Virus record (IMG/VR): IMGVR_UViG_3300035661_000068
Span: 1 to 61,728 of that record
DNA length: 61,728 nucleotides
Strand: one strand, 5' to 3'
Source: a virus
Lineage: Duplodnaviria; Caudoviricetes
Shown: in pieces, positions 8,789 to 18,500 of the stretch
How the letters are laid out: each line of letters starts with the position of its first letter
Position numbering within the stretch: the first letter of the stretch is position 1
Translations under genes and position numbers: made by a program
Notes under the pieces: generated by a model
Database searches by the model: none
Told to the model about the DNA's origin: nothing
The model's input: the letters and a program-made list of their open reading frames with translations, nothing else

Positions 8789-9274
8789 TCAAGTGGTAGG
8801 TGTTGTAGCCATCTTACTCCATACCGCACCACTGCAGTAGTCCAACGACGACACCAGCCACGTTTCACCATCGTCGACTGCTTTCAGTATACAGCCCCCA
8901 TGAGGTGTGAACAGAGTATCCTGGATCACGATTCTCTTTCCAAAATACTCCGCCTCCATGATAATACGTTCGCATATATCAAAACATTGGCTCGGATCGA
9001 GTCGGTAGAATCCGATGCGGAATTCGTCAGCCTTTTGTTTGATTTTGGCGACATGGGCACTAAATCCATGAACGGTTCTGATGTCTCGCATCCAGCCGTC
9101 AAAGTAATGCAGATTATCTGTGGGTGGAAGCGGACAGAATGGTGCCGATGGGTCCGAAGCGATGATCGCATGATCTTCGTAATGATTCAAAGCGTGATAG
9201 AATTTTCCCGTAATAAACTTATCAAGCGGGGGCGGCTCAACGTAGATCGGAAAAAGGTGATCGTGTGACATCAT
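8789..9274 (-). CDS. Hypothetical protein
   Basis: ORF coupled to upstream gene. Confidence 0.55.
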   Translation of the reverse strand: MMSHDHLFPIYVEPPPLDKFITGKFYHALNHYEDHAIIASDPSAPFCPLPPTDNLHYFDGWMRDIRTVHGFSAHVAKIKQKADEFRIGFYRLDPSQCFDICERIIMEAEYFGKRIVIQDTLFTPHGGCILKAVDDGETWLVSSLDYCSGAVWSKMATTPTT

Positions 9275-9495
9275 ATCTGATTCCTCTGAGCGGCTCGCCC
9301 GAACAAGCTAAGGCCGATCGGATCCGCCGACCGCAGCGGCATCTCTGGCGGCCACTCGTTACTCTTGAGTAGCGACACCTCAGGGCCTGGACCGTAAAAG
9401 GTTCCGTTGCGGTAAACGTAACTCCTGTATTGCGAGCCGTCTTGGTTCTGAACGATCACGATCCGATCACGCGTTGCCTTCGATCGCCACATCAT
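9271..9495 (-). CDS. Hypothetical protein
   Basis: ORF with overlapping start/stop coupling. Confidence 0.55.
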   Translation of the reverse strand: MMWRSKATRDRIVIVQNQDGSQYRSYVYRNGTFYGPGPEVSLLKSNEWPPEMPLRSADPIGLSLFGRAAQRNQI

Positions 9496-9935
9496 AGGCC
9501 AAGCTCCTTCGCAATCTCATCCAACGCGATCGTGCGTTTGAGATTCGGCGAGATGTTGGCGTTCAACCGGTCGCGGATATTCGCAAGCTTCTGCTTCTCT
9601 TCAGATGCAGAAATTTGTGCCAGACGCGTGCGGATGTCGGCGAGCCATTGCAGGACCGGCCTGCCATGGTATAGGATATCGCCCTGAACGTCAAGCTCGT
9701 CCATCGCCTCGTCAACATCACGTCGGTGGCGGACCAGGATCGCCGCGTACAGGATGAGGTCATCACGCTGCTTGGTCCTGAGGTTCACCGTGCTCTGGGG
9801 ATTGAGCAGATCCGGAGGGAACACGCAGCTCGTCTTCCACGCGAACTCGTCCACCTTCAGCGACGACTCTTTTGACTTGACCCGGTCGATCAGATCCAGA
9901 ACGAAGCGATCCTCATCATTCGACGTCTTCGACAT
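9492..9935 (-). CDS. Hypothetical coiled-coil phage protein
   Basis: 147-aa ORF, helical C-terminus. Confidence 0.7.
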   Translation of the reverse strand: MSKTSNDEDRFVLDLIDRVKSKESSLKVDEFAWKTSCVFPPDLLNPQSTVNLRTKQRDDLILYAAILVRHRRDVDEAMDELDVQGDILYHGRPVLQWLADIRTRLAQISASEEKQKLANIRDRLNANISPNLKRTIALDEIAKELGL

Positions 9936-11115
9936 ACGTTTTCTTTCGTTTTTCTAGGTCGGATAGGTATCGGAACGGAACCTCTGCTCCACTTTCCATA
10001 ACGCGGACTAAGGCGTTGATGCGAGGCTCGACCCAAGGGATTGAGGCGTTGGATCGGTCCCAGTGCGGCTCATCAGGCTTAATAACGCGTTTTCTTTTGT
10101 ACTTAGCGGCGTTATCACGGTCATAGTAATGCGACTTCATATCCCGATAATCAATCACGCCATTGTGAATCCTAACCATCCGCGCCAGGGTGAGCTGGTC
10201 ATCATTGTTGTCACGATGTTTTACTAGGTGAGACTTCTGAACGAAATATCCACCCTCTTCGGCCCAGTGACGGATCTCAGAACGTCCCTGACCATCATGC
10301 AACCCATCAACGATCTTGAATCCGATCGTCGATGATCCATGTGACCCCCTAAGGAACCGATCCAGCTTCTCGGCAAACTTTGGATCCGGCCCGATCTCGC
10401 ATGCCAAGTGGTCGACCTTCGATACCGGAGCATACCAAGGTTTGGACGTTTCCGGACTGTACCACGGCTGACGCTGATCATCCCCCCAGAAGGTATGCAG
10501 GTTACGTTTACCCATCTTGCCACTATCATCAGTCAAGATGTGCCACGTCAGCCTGCCAAGGTAAGTCAGGACTGACTGGTCCTTGTGCCGGTACATCATT
10601 CCAGGAACCAAGTCTTTCAGTGAGCCTACTGATTTGGCCTGAAGTTCGGTGAAGTCCAGGGACTCGCGATATTCTTGCGAATCCGTCGAGAGCAGCACGA
10701 GGCTGTCCCGGTCCCACGCGTAGACGAGTTGGCCATCCAGACCTTTACCTGGAGTGCTTCCGTGGTGGGCCAGGATATGTAGGAGATTATCCATGGTGAT
10801 CTCGAACTCGAAGCCACGTGGGTCGTAGACTCGAACCTTCTCACCACGATAACCAAATTGCGTCCGGTGACCACCGACGGGCCGGTTCAGGATGAAGCCA
10901 CTGGATGGTAAGTTGTCGAACGCGACAGGCTCGATAGACTTGTCTCGCCAGCCCTGCCATGATTTCTCTTTCCTCAGCACGCCTTTATCATCCCAGTACA
11001 CGAGGTAGCCGAGCTGGCCCGTGTAGGTATCGTTGCGATTAACTAGGCCGACGTTTACCCGCTTGGGAATGTAGAGTTTTCCGTTCAAGTGACCTCCATC
11101 ATCAAAGGCTTGCAA
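9916..11115 (-). CDS. Conserved hypothetical phage protein
   Basis: IPKRVNVG...TYTGQLGY..Y.D.KG.LRKEKSW..WRD, RVYDPRGFEFEI motifs familiar from large phages. Confidence 0.8.
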   Translation of the reverse strand: MQAFDDGGHLNGKLYIPKRVNVGLVNRNDTYTGQLGYLVYWDDKGVLRKEKSWQGWRDKSIEPVAFDNLPSSGFILNRPVGGHRTQFGYRGEKVRVYDPRGFEFEITMDNLLHILAHHGSTPGKGLDGQLVYAWDRDSLVLLSTDSQEYRESLDFTELQAKSVGSLKDLVPGMMYRHKDQSVLTYLGRLTWHILTDDSGKMGKRNLHTFWGDDQRQPWYSPETSKPWYAPVSKVDHLACEIGPDPKFAEKLDRFLRGSHGSSTIGFKIVDGLHDGQGRSEIRHWAEEGGYFVQKSHLVKHRDNNDDQLTLARMVRIHNGVIDYRDMKSHYYDRDNAAKYKRKRVIKPDEPHWDRSNASIPWVEPRINALVRVMESGAEVPFRYLSDLEKRKKTYVEDVE

Positions 11116-11297
11116 GCGAAGGATATCAGATCATCATCGTCGGTGAAGCGAACCGGAAGGTCACAGATCACTAACCTTCCGTCGACTATCCGGTACGACA
11201 TCTTGGCCAACACTGGAAGAAGACCGCTACCCATGATCCACTCGCCACCTTCGACGTATTGCTCACGTAGCAGACGAAACAGGGTTTTGCCGTTCAA
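11085..11297 (-). CDS. Hypothetical protein
   Basis: ORF coupled to neighbours. Confidence 0.5.
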   Translation of the reverse strand: MNGKTLFRLLREQYVEGGEWIMGSGLLPVLAKMSYRIVDGRLVICDLPVRFTDDDDLISFACKPLMMEVT

Positions 11298-11716
11298 ATG
11301 GAATGCTCAAAAGTGGTGGTGTATCCTGAGGAGTCGATGGGCCACACGTAAGTCCAAGACACAAGCTTCATGTCTTTGCCACGAACGATCTGGCCATCAC
11401 GCAGCTTCAGCGGATATAGGTCGAACTGATTAGTCAGCCTCTTGAACATAGTATCGATGAAAGATTTTAATTCTGTTGAAGAACGATGTGTCGTTACAAC
11501 TAGTGCGTATTCTCCGTGCCCGATCTCGGCCACTTTTGACCAAGACTGGATTGGAGATTCACGTCCATCGATAAACACGTCAAACAATCCACCTTCACCC
11601 CTAATCGTCACCGGAATCTTCGGACTGGTCATCTCGGCCATCGCTGGCAACACTGGTGTGATGACTAAGCCAGCCAAGACTTTTGCAGACGTGGTGGCGA
11701 ATGATCTTCGGTTCAT
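11294..11716 (-). CDS. Hypothetical protein with twin-arginine (Tat) signal peptide
   Basis: MNRRSFATTSAKVLAGLVITPVLPAMA. Confidence 0.7.
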   Translation of the reverse strand: MNRRSFATTSAKVLAGLVITPVLPAMAEMTSPKIPVTIRGEGGLFDVFIDGRESPIQSWSKVAEIGHGEYALVVTTHRSSTELKSFIDTMFKRLTNQFDLYPLKLRDGQIVRGKDMKLVSWTYVWPIDSSGYTTTFEHSI

Positions 11717-11723
11717 CTGATTC

Positions 11724-11915
11724 TCACATTCTCATTATGGTTAGAATGACGACGCCCCCAAAGAACGACAGAAGAGACGTCATCATGATCACGACGGACG
11801 CGGACAGAAGAAACACCAGGACTCGCATCAGCTCAGTCTGGCTCCGGGTTTTGTCGATACAGGCAGGGCGTGTCAGACATAGCCTCTCCGAAACTGATCG
11901 CTGTAACAATAGCAT
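11724..11915 (-). CDS. Small membrane protein
   Basis: Hydrophobic C-terminal half; real start may be downstream. Confidence 0.4.
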   Translation of the reverse strand: MLLLQRSVSERLCLTRPACIDKTRSQTELMRVLVFLLSASVVIMMTSLLSFFGGVVILTIMRM

Positions 11916-12475
11916 CTGTAAGCCATACGCGACACGCTATCTGGCAAATAATGCGTACCACGATAATCTTCAAGGTGTGATAGGAAGGAAACGAGATCGA
12001 CGTGAGACGTTGCGATGTGCGAATCACACGATTCTGTATTTTTAATCACTTGTTTAGCTACAAAGCGAATGTTGGACTCCCCAATCGTTGCGTCACCGCT
12101 CATGCTTCTTGCATGCTCGATAGTCTTGGGGATGATATATTGACGTATCACGTCGCAAGCCTTAAAGGATTCGGGCAAGTCCCTTTTCGGACATGGACAG
12201 CTAGAATGAAAGCTGAGCGTCTTGTGGATTCCGACATGTACGGCTGTTTCCCACTCGCAGACAATATCTTCATCACCGATCCAGTAGCATGTCACGCCAC
12301 CCCAATATGCACCACGAAAACGATCGTTGTAACGACGACCGTCAATGAATTTTAACGACGTGATGGTCACGACCGGATTGTCAGAGGTGCCAGCATTAGC
12401 AGCCGCGACCGTGCCGACAAGACCTGCCGTGACGCCAGCGGTGGCGTGACGGAGTAGATTTCTACGACTTAGCAT
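11873..12475 (-). CDS. Hypothetical protein with twin-arginine (Tat) signal peptide
   Basis: MLSRRNLLRHATAGVTAGLVGTVAAANA; GAGGGG RBS upstream of 12475. Confidence 0.7.
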   Translation of the reverse strand: MLSRRNLLRHATAGVTAGLVGTVAAANAGTSDNPVVTITSLKFIDGRRYNDRFRGAYWGGVTCYWIGDEDIVCEWETAVHVGIHKTLSFHSSCPCPKRDLPESFKACDVIRQYIIPKTIEHARSMSGDATIGESNIRFVAKQVIKNTESCDSHIATSHVDLVSFLSHLEDYRGTHYLPDSVSRMAYRCYCYSDQFRRGYV

Positions 12476-12776
12476 TATCTCCCCTCTGTTTGTCATCTGG
12501 AGATGTCGGCACGACATTGCGTGGATCGTCCGGCGTCCCGAAGCCAATCGAGTAGATGTGATGCCCTGCCAGGTTCGCCGCTGGACCGTGGACTTGGGCG
12601 AAATGCTCGTGAGTGTAGAATTTGCAAACACCTGAGCCTTCGACGATCCAGTCGCCAGCCGCGTAGCTCTTTCCTAAGTATTTCATCGGGATCGTGAGCC
12701 TGACAGCCTGACACCGAACACCGTCGATGTCAAGCCATAGCTCATTGTTTTGACTGTAGCCGTCGTCAGACATCAA
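12462..12776 (-). CDS. Hypothetical protein
   Basis: ORF; A.GDWIVEG..CKFY motif resembles a common small phage family. Confidence 0.55.
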   Translation of the reverse strand: MMSDDGYSQNNELWLDIDGVRCQAVRLTIPMKYLGKSYAAGDWIVEGSGVCKFYTHEHFAQVHGPAANLAGHHIYSIGFGTPDDPRNVVPTSPDDKQRGDNAKS

Positions 12777-13348
12777 TCACCCTTGGATAAGACGGTGATG
12801 GCGTTGTTGAAGACGCTGCGAATCGTCGACAGGGTAATCTCAGGACCGCTGGTGAACGCAGAAGCTTCTACGACTGAGCCAAGGATCTGAGCGGCGTTGT
12901 GGCCCGCCGTGGCTCCGCTGGAAGATTGCGTCGAGATGGATACGAGATCAGACTTTAACGCGTACTGGGTCAAGTCGGGCTTGGGAACCAATCCGGCAAC
13001 CTGACTCTTTGTGACGTAGTCGGAAAGATCGATACCAGGGAACGGTGCCGGAATTTCAGCTTTCAGGGCGTAGTCGTGCAAGTCGAGGTTCGACGGTGTC
13101 TCGTCTTTCAACGCATAGACTGACAGATCGGGAATCTTGGGGATATCGGCCTTGAGAGCAAAGCCAGACAAGTCCGGCGATGCTGGGACGACTGGAATGT
13201 CGGTCTTGAGTGCATAGACCGAAAGATCGGGCGACGCTGGGATCACAGGGATGTCGCTTTTCAACGCATACGGCGAGAGATCCACAGAAGTCTTTGCCTT
13301 GAGGTCGGCGACGTCTTGGAGCAATTGGGCTTCTTGTTCAGGGCTCAT
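12773..13348 (-). CDS. Repeat protein with seven DLSxYALKxDIP units
   Basis: Repeats read directly in the translation. Confidence 0.8.
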   Translation of the reverse strand: MSPEQEAQLLQDVADLKAKTSVDLSPYALKSDIPVIPASPDLSVYALKTDIPVVPASPDLSGFALKADIPKIPDLSVYALKDETPSNLDLHDYALKAEIPAPFPGIDLSDYVTKSQVAGLVPKPDLTQYALKSDLVSISTQSSSGATAGHNAAQILGSVVEASAFTSGPEITLSTIRSVFNNAITVLSKGD

Positions 13349-14037
13349 TTCATTTCCTTCGCTAGAAGATAAGCTTCGGGTTCAGTCACTTCTTTCAGCT
13401 CTCCACCGACTAAGTGAAGATACTTGACTTCATCATAGGCGAGTCCGTTGTCGTTGTCAACGATAATGTTCACGATTCTGAAAAGTTTCTGATCATCAGG
13501 ATCTGGAATGATCCAGTAAGTCGTGGCCCACCGTCTGAATTGCTGACAATATCGCTGTTGCCCTAGTGGGTCCGTCACGTCGAACATCTGGATCGGACAC
13601 ACACCGCAGATCCGACGGATCGACTCGCGGTGCAGTGGTATTCCGAAGTCACCCCTGGACCTACCTCCGTCCAACCGGCCCGGCATCGTGGTCGTGGCCT
13701 CAATGCAGATCAGAGACAGGGGGTCGACTCTTCTTTCGGAGTTCGCGGTAATAAGGTCGAGGTCTTGAGGATCAGATTCTACGACAGACCAGAATGGAAG
13801 CCTGTGACTCTCGTCGCTGCCAGCGTACCGGTACGTTGACCCGTCAAGATCAAAATCGGCGTAACGCAAAGACGTGGTGCCGAAACGGATCTCTCTCGCG
13901 ACACTGTCGATGTCGAAACATTCTCCACTGGCGATTACCGCGAGCGACTTTGAACCTTGGTTGTAGATTTGATAGTTCCACGCCTTATTGGATGCGATCC
14001 AATGTAGGATCACTTCGATGGCTGGCTTGCTACTCAC
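13345..14037 (-). CDS. Hypothetical protein
   Basis: 230-aa ORF, coupled. Confidence 0.65.
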   Translation of the reverse strand: MSSKPAIEVILHWIASNKAWNYQIYNQGSKSLAVIASGECFDIDSVAREIRFGTTSLRYADFDLDGSTYRYAGSDESHRLPFWSVVESDPQDLDLITANSERRVDPLSLICIEATTTMPGRLDGGRSRGDFGIPLHRESIRRICGVCPIQMFDVTDPLGQQRYCQQFRRWATTYWIIPDPDDQKLFRIVNIIVDNDNGLAYDEVKYLHLVGGELKEVTEPEAYLLAKEMK

Positions 14038-14350
14038 TGACGTCTCCGTTCCGCTCGATCATCACGATGTCGCCTATCTCAAACTCAACGTCTTGATCAT
14101 ACTTGCCGAATTGGCCAGACCTGATGGCTGACACAAACATTGCCAACACATCATTCTGAAAATATTTCATCGGATAATCATTGGGCTTGTACGCATGTAA
14201 CTCTTGATGTTTGAGCGATCCGGTACTGTCAGGGTCTGAACACTTGAACTTGCTGAAACCGTCACTGGTCCAATCGCGGTTGTATCGCATGAGAACGGCG
14301 GTGTCAGCAGGGACAGTTGGCTGTTCATGGAATTCGATCTTGTACTTCAT
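14030..14350 (-). CDS. Hypothetical protein
   Basis: ORF, coupled. Confidence 0.6.
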   Translation of the reverse strand: MKYKIEFHEQPTVPADTAVLMRYNRDWTSDGFSKFKCSDPDSTGSLKHQELHAYKPNDYPMKYFQNDVLAMFVSAIRSGQFGKYDQDVEFEIGDIVMIERNGDVSE

Positions 14351-14992
14351 TCAGAAACCCCCGCTTTCAACATCAACGTAACAGTAAGTTGACCGATCAT
14401 CCCGAACCATATCGAGACAAGTCAAGTGGCACCCGTGGATACTAACATCGCATCGCACATGATAGTGGCCGCAGATCCACCGCTTCGGCTTAAAACGATT
14501 GAAAAGCTCATCCAGGGCCTGATTCGTGCGGGTCTTGATAACCGTGTTACCAACCAGTGTGCTGACGAACCGCAGTGGAGCTTCGTGGGTGACGATCACG
14601 TCAGGTCTAATCAAAACCATTTGATGGATCGCGTCATCCAGTGCCGAGTAAGACAACTCTTCATCATTAGGATACCACGCGAGCGAACCACCATCGCCCA
14701 TCGCCATCCGGCCCTTCCAGTCGAGCGAGTGCCCGCCACGGATGTAGCCGATCGAGATTCCGTCAAGATTCATGATGCCGTATTCGCCCATCCGCCACGG
14801 CTGCGACCAATAGCCAGTCTTACCCTTCAGATACCGGTCGTGGTTACCACCCAGGACGTAGTGCTCCCCAGGAGGCATCGTCAAGCCACCGTAGTCGAGA
14901 CCGAAGTCACCGACCTGGATCGTCAGTCGGTCAGCGGCGATCTCGCGATACCGATCGAATTTTCCGTGGACGTCGCCGATAAAACGCATCAT
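14351..14992 (-). CDS. Calcineurin-like metallophosphoesterase
   Basis: GDVHG, VGDFG, GGNHD, THEAP, GHYH motifs. Confidence 0.92.
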   Translation of the reverse strand: MMRFIGDVHGKFDRYREIAADRLTIQVGDFGLDYGGLTMPPGEHYVLGGNHDRYLKGKTGYWSQPWRMGEYGIMNLDGISIGYIRGGHSLDWKGRMAMGDGGSLAWYPNDEELSYSALDDAIHQMVLIRPDVIVTHEAPLRFVSTLVGNTVIKTRTNQALDELFNRFKPKRWICGHYHVRCDVSIHGCHLTCLDMVRDDRSTYCYVDVESGGF

Positions 14993-15246
14993 CTACCTTT
15001 CTCAATCATAAAGTTCTCGCGATTTCCCGGATCGTACATATCATTCATCCGCTCCAAGATAGGAGCAAAGTAGCGATAAGGTAGAGCCCCAGAGATTTCG
15101 TTCGCCAGCCATTCAGCCTCAATCTTGCTATCGCAGATACTCATGATCGCCTTGTAGAACTCGGCAACTCCAAGTTCATCACGGAGGAAGGACAGCTTCA
15201 CAAAAGCTTCCGTTTCACTCGGAACGATCGTACTCTTTATTCCCAT
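14989..15246 (-). CDS. Hypothetical protein (paralog of 15237..15503)
   Basis: End-to-end similarity with adjacent gene. Confidence 0.7.
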   Translation of the reverse strand: MGIKSTIVPSETEAFVKLSFLRDELGVAEFYKAIMSICDSKIEAEWLANEISGALPYRYFAPILERMNDMYDPGNRENFMIEKGR

Positions 15247-15503
15247 GATCGCCTATCTACTATCTGGAAGTTCTGAAGGGAGCCATGATGAAGCTCATCA
15301 CTAAGGCTGTCGAGCAGTTCGACCTTCATACGATCCGGAATCAAAGCCAACGCTGCGAGCTTGATCTCACTTAGGTCTTCTGATGATGACGAAGCCTCAA
15401 TGATTTTCGCCACGAATCCGAAAAGTCCAATCTCTTCGATGAATCCGGATAACTTTTCGCAAGCTTCTCGCGTGGTCAGCGTCACGGTCGAGTATACACT
15501 CAT
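15237..15503 (-). CDS. Hypothetical protein (paralog of 14989..15246)
   Basis: Follows a promoter, AGGAG RBS; similarity to neighbour. Confidence 0.7.
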   Translation of the reverse strand: MSVYSTVTLTTREACEKLSGFIEEIGLFGFVAKIIEASSSSEDLSEIKLAALALIPDRMKVELLDSLSDELHHGSLQNFQIVDRRSWE

Positions 15504-15527
15504 CGTAATCTCCTGTGGTTATGATTC

Positions 15528-15555
15528 ATTGTACGATCATAGTCGCTGAAGTCAA
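15528..15555 (-). promoter_or_regulatory. Sigma70-type promoter
   Basis: TTGACT-16 nt-TACAAT on the minus strand. Confidence 0.6.
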
Positions 15556-18500
15556 GCGTTATCCAAGTATCGCTTAACAATCGGCTGCGGACCCGTCGGC
15601 TTATCATTGTGTCCCACCAGTCTGACTTGGCCGATGGATCGAAACTTTGCCATCACGCTCACCTGCGGATCGACGTTGCCGATCAGGTATACGGTCCTGG
15701 GTACATCGTTGCCTTCACCGTACACGGGGATCTGACCAGGATTCTGTTTCACGATAGACGCGACACTGGAAATATGCTCTGTTTTGACTAGGATGCACCG
15801 GGCCAAATAGCCAGCCTCTTCGATCGGAACCCAGTCATCACAGTAGACCTGAATATCATCGCCCTTTCTGCGAACCTTACCGACGATGAAGCCGATCCTA
15901 TCCTCCCCGAGAAAACTTCGGCACTTGTAGAAACACTCCGACCACGCGACAGCTCGAACGCTTCCGTAGAAGTCGTCGAATACCATTGGGGCGAACTGGA
16001 CCATCGTTCCGCCGTGCGCGAACTGCTTAACCTCAAAGCTGCTGATCATGCCACCCAGGATGACCTGAGACTTGTCGCACAGCACATCCAGTTGGTCGCA
16101 CCGATGCGTAGAGAGTGGCTCGACCGCAGCCCTGTGTTCGTTCAATGGATGGCCTGACATGTAGAAACCAAGGACTCGCTTTTCTTCGGCGTAACGGATC
16201 TTGTCCGGCAGCTCTGGTATCGGTGGGAGCCACATCGAGGTGTCCTCACCGAGCAACTCTTCCATCGTCGTCTGACCACCGGCTTTACGCTTAGCCTTGC
16301 TTTTACCATGCTGCATCGCGGTGTCGGCAACGGCCAGCCACTGGGATCGTTTCTTACCAAGACTATCCAGGGCTCCGGAGTGGATCAAGGATTCGACCGC
16401 GCCACCTGTAACCTTCTGCTTGCGATCCTCTTTCCTCATCAAGCTAGCGAGGCTGCTTCGCTCAAACAAGTCCAGGATATCACCGTATGGTTGGTTGGCT
16501 GCGATCATCTCCGCCGCGTCACGACCAATGCCCTTCACGACCGAAAGGCCGAGTCGGATGACGTCGCCGTCGAGCTGGCAGTCAGCACCACTTCGGTTCA
16601 CATCCGGACACAGCACTTCAATGTCCATGCGACGGCAATCCAGAATGTGCTCACTCAGGTACTTCTCACGGTTCGCACCTTCTTGTTCAGATGATAAGAG
16701 GCATGTCATGTACTCGCGGGGATAGTGATGTTTCAGGTAAGCTGTTTTGTACGCCAAATCAGCATATGCTGCTGCGTGTGATTTGTTGAAACCATAGAGA
16801 CAAAACTTCTCAATCTTCTCAAACATCATGGTTGCGGCGAGATCGTTGATGCCCCGGTCAGCACACCCGCTGATGAATTTCTCCTTGGCAGATAGGATCA
16901 TGTCAAGCTTCTTTTTGGCGATAGCTTTGATGATCTTGTATGCTTCAGTCAGTGGTATTCCACCAAGCTTGTTGAGGATCTGCATGATATCCTCTTGATA
17001 GATCATTAAGCCGTATGACTCCGTGATGAATGAGTCGACATCTGAGTGAATCGGTTCAATGACCTTTCGACCGTGCCGACGATCTACGTAGTCGTCCACG
17101 ACACCACCGTCGAGAGGTCCTGGACGATACAAGGCAACGATCGCGATGATGTGGTCGATCACGTCAGGCTGCATCTTGATCAGCAACTCTCGCATGCCGG
17201 ACGATTCGAGCTGGAACACACCCTTCGTCTCACCCCGAGCCATCATCGCGTAGACACCTGGGTCGTCCATGGGGATTCGGTACTGATCAAAGGTCGTGCC
17301 GAGCGACGCCAGGAGTTTGCGACAAGCTTCCATGATGGTCAAGTTTCGCAACCCAAGGAAGTCCATCTTGAGCAGGCCGGATTTCTCAACGTCGCCCATC
17401 GCCCATTGGGTGGAGACGGCGTGCTGGCCGGTCGATTTGCCATCCTCTTTGACTTTGAGGCGTTGGAGCGGGCAGATGTTCATGATCGGCTGGTTGCAGA
17501 CGACGACTCCTGCCGCGTGCGTCCCAGCACTCTTCTCGATGCCTTCGATTCGCCTAGCCATGTCGATGACACGCTTGGCTAACGGATTCTCATCAATGAT
17601 CTTGCGGAGATCTTCCGATTGCTCGATCGCTGACTCGATCGTGCAGTGCAGGGTTTCGGGGACGCACTCCTTGAGCTTCTTCACATCGGACAGCGACATG
17701 CCAAGCACACGACCCACGTCAGCGATACAGGATTTTGCCGATAATGTGCCGTATGTTCCGATCTGACAGACTCGGTCCTCACCGTACTTATCCACGACGT
17801 ACTGGTAGATCTCGGCGCGACGCTCCGTGCAGATGTCGATGTCGATGTCTGGCGCTTCAGCGCGGCTCTCGTCAAGGAACCGCTCGAACAGAAGGCGGTA
17901 GCGGAGAGGGCAGACGCTGGAGATGTAGAGGGAGTAGGCCGTGATGGCACCACAGGCGCTGCCACGGGCGATGCAGGGAATACCTTGAGATCTCGCGTAC
18001 CGAACGACGTCCCAGAGGATGAGGAAATAGCTTGAGAAGCCAAGTTTCGAGATCACCTTTAGCTCACGGTTGAGGCGATCTAAGTGTTCTTGACCGACGA
18101 CCTCATAACGTTCACTCAGCCCCTTGAGACACAGCTCTCGCAGGTAGGAATCGACCGTGCCGCTCGGCACCTCAAACGAGGGGAATTGGCGTTTTCCGAA
18201 TTCGAGGCTCGTGTAGCTATCTTCGATCGAGTCGGCGATCTCTTGGGTCCGCTCTAACGCTTCTCGCTGATCCGGCATCGCGGCCAGCATCTCGGTCGGG
18301 TTCTTTACGTAAAACTGGTCTGTTGAGAATCTCATTCGGTTGACATCATCGTGGCGGGCACCCGTGTTGATGCACAGCATGATATCGTGCGGAATCGAGT
18401 CTTCCTGACGCATATAATGAGCATCACTGGTCCCGACAAGAGGAATCCCCTTGGACCTAGCAAGGTCGACCGCGCGGATCATGTGGGCAACCTGCGGCTC

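Noticed and set aside
12462-12776. Possible anti-defence sponge from the GDWIV motif
   Set aside because: Resemblance is too short to support without a profile search.
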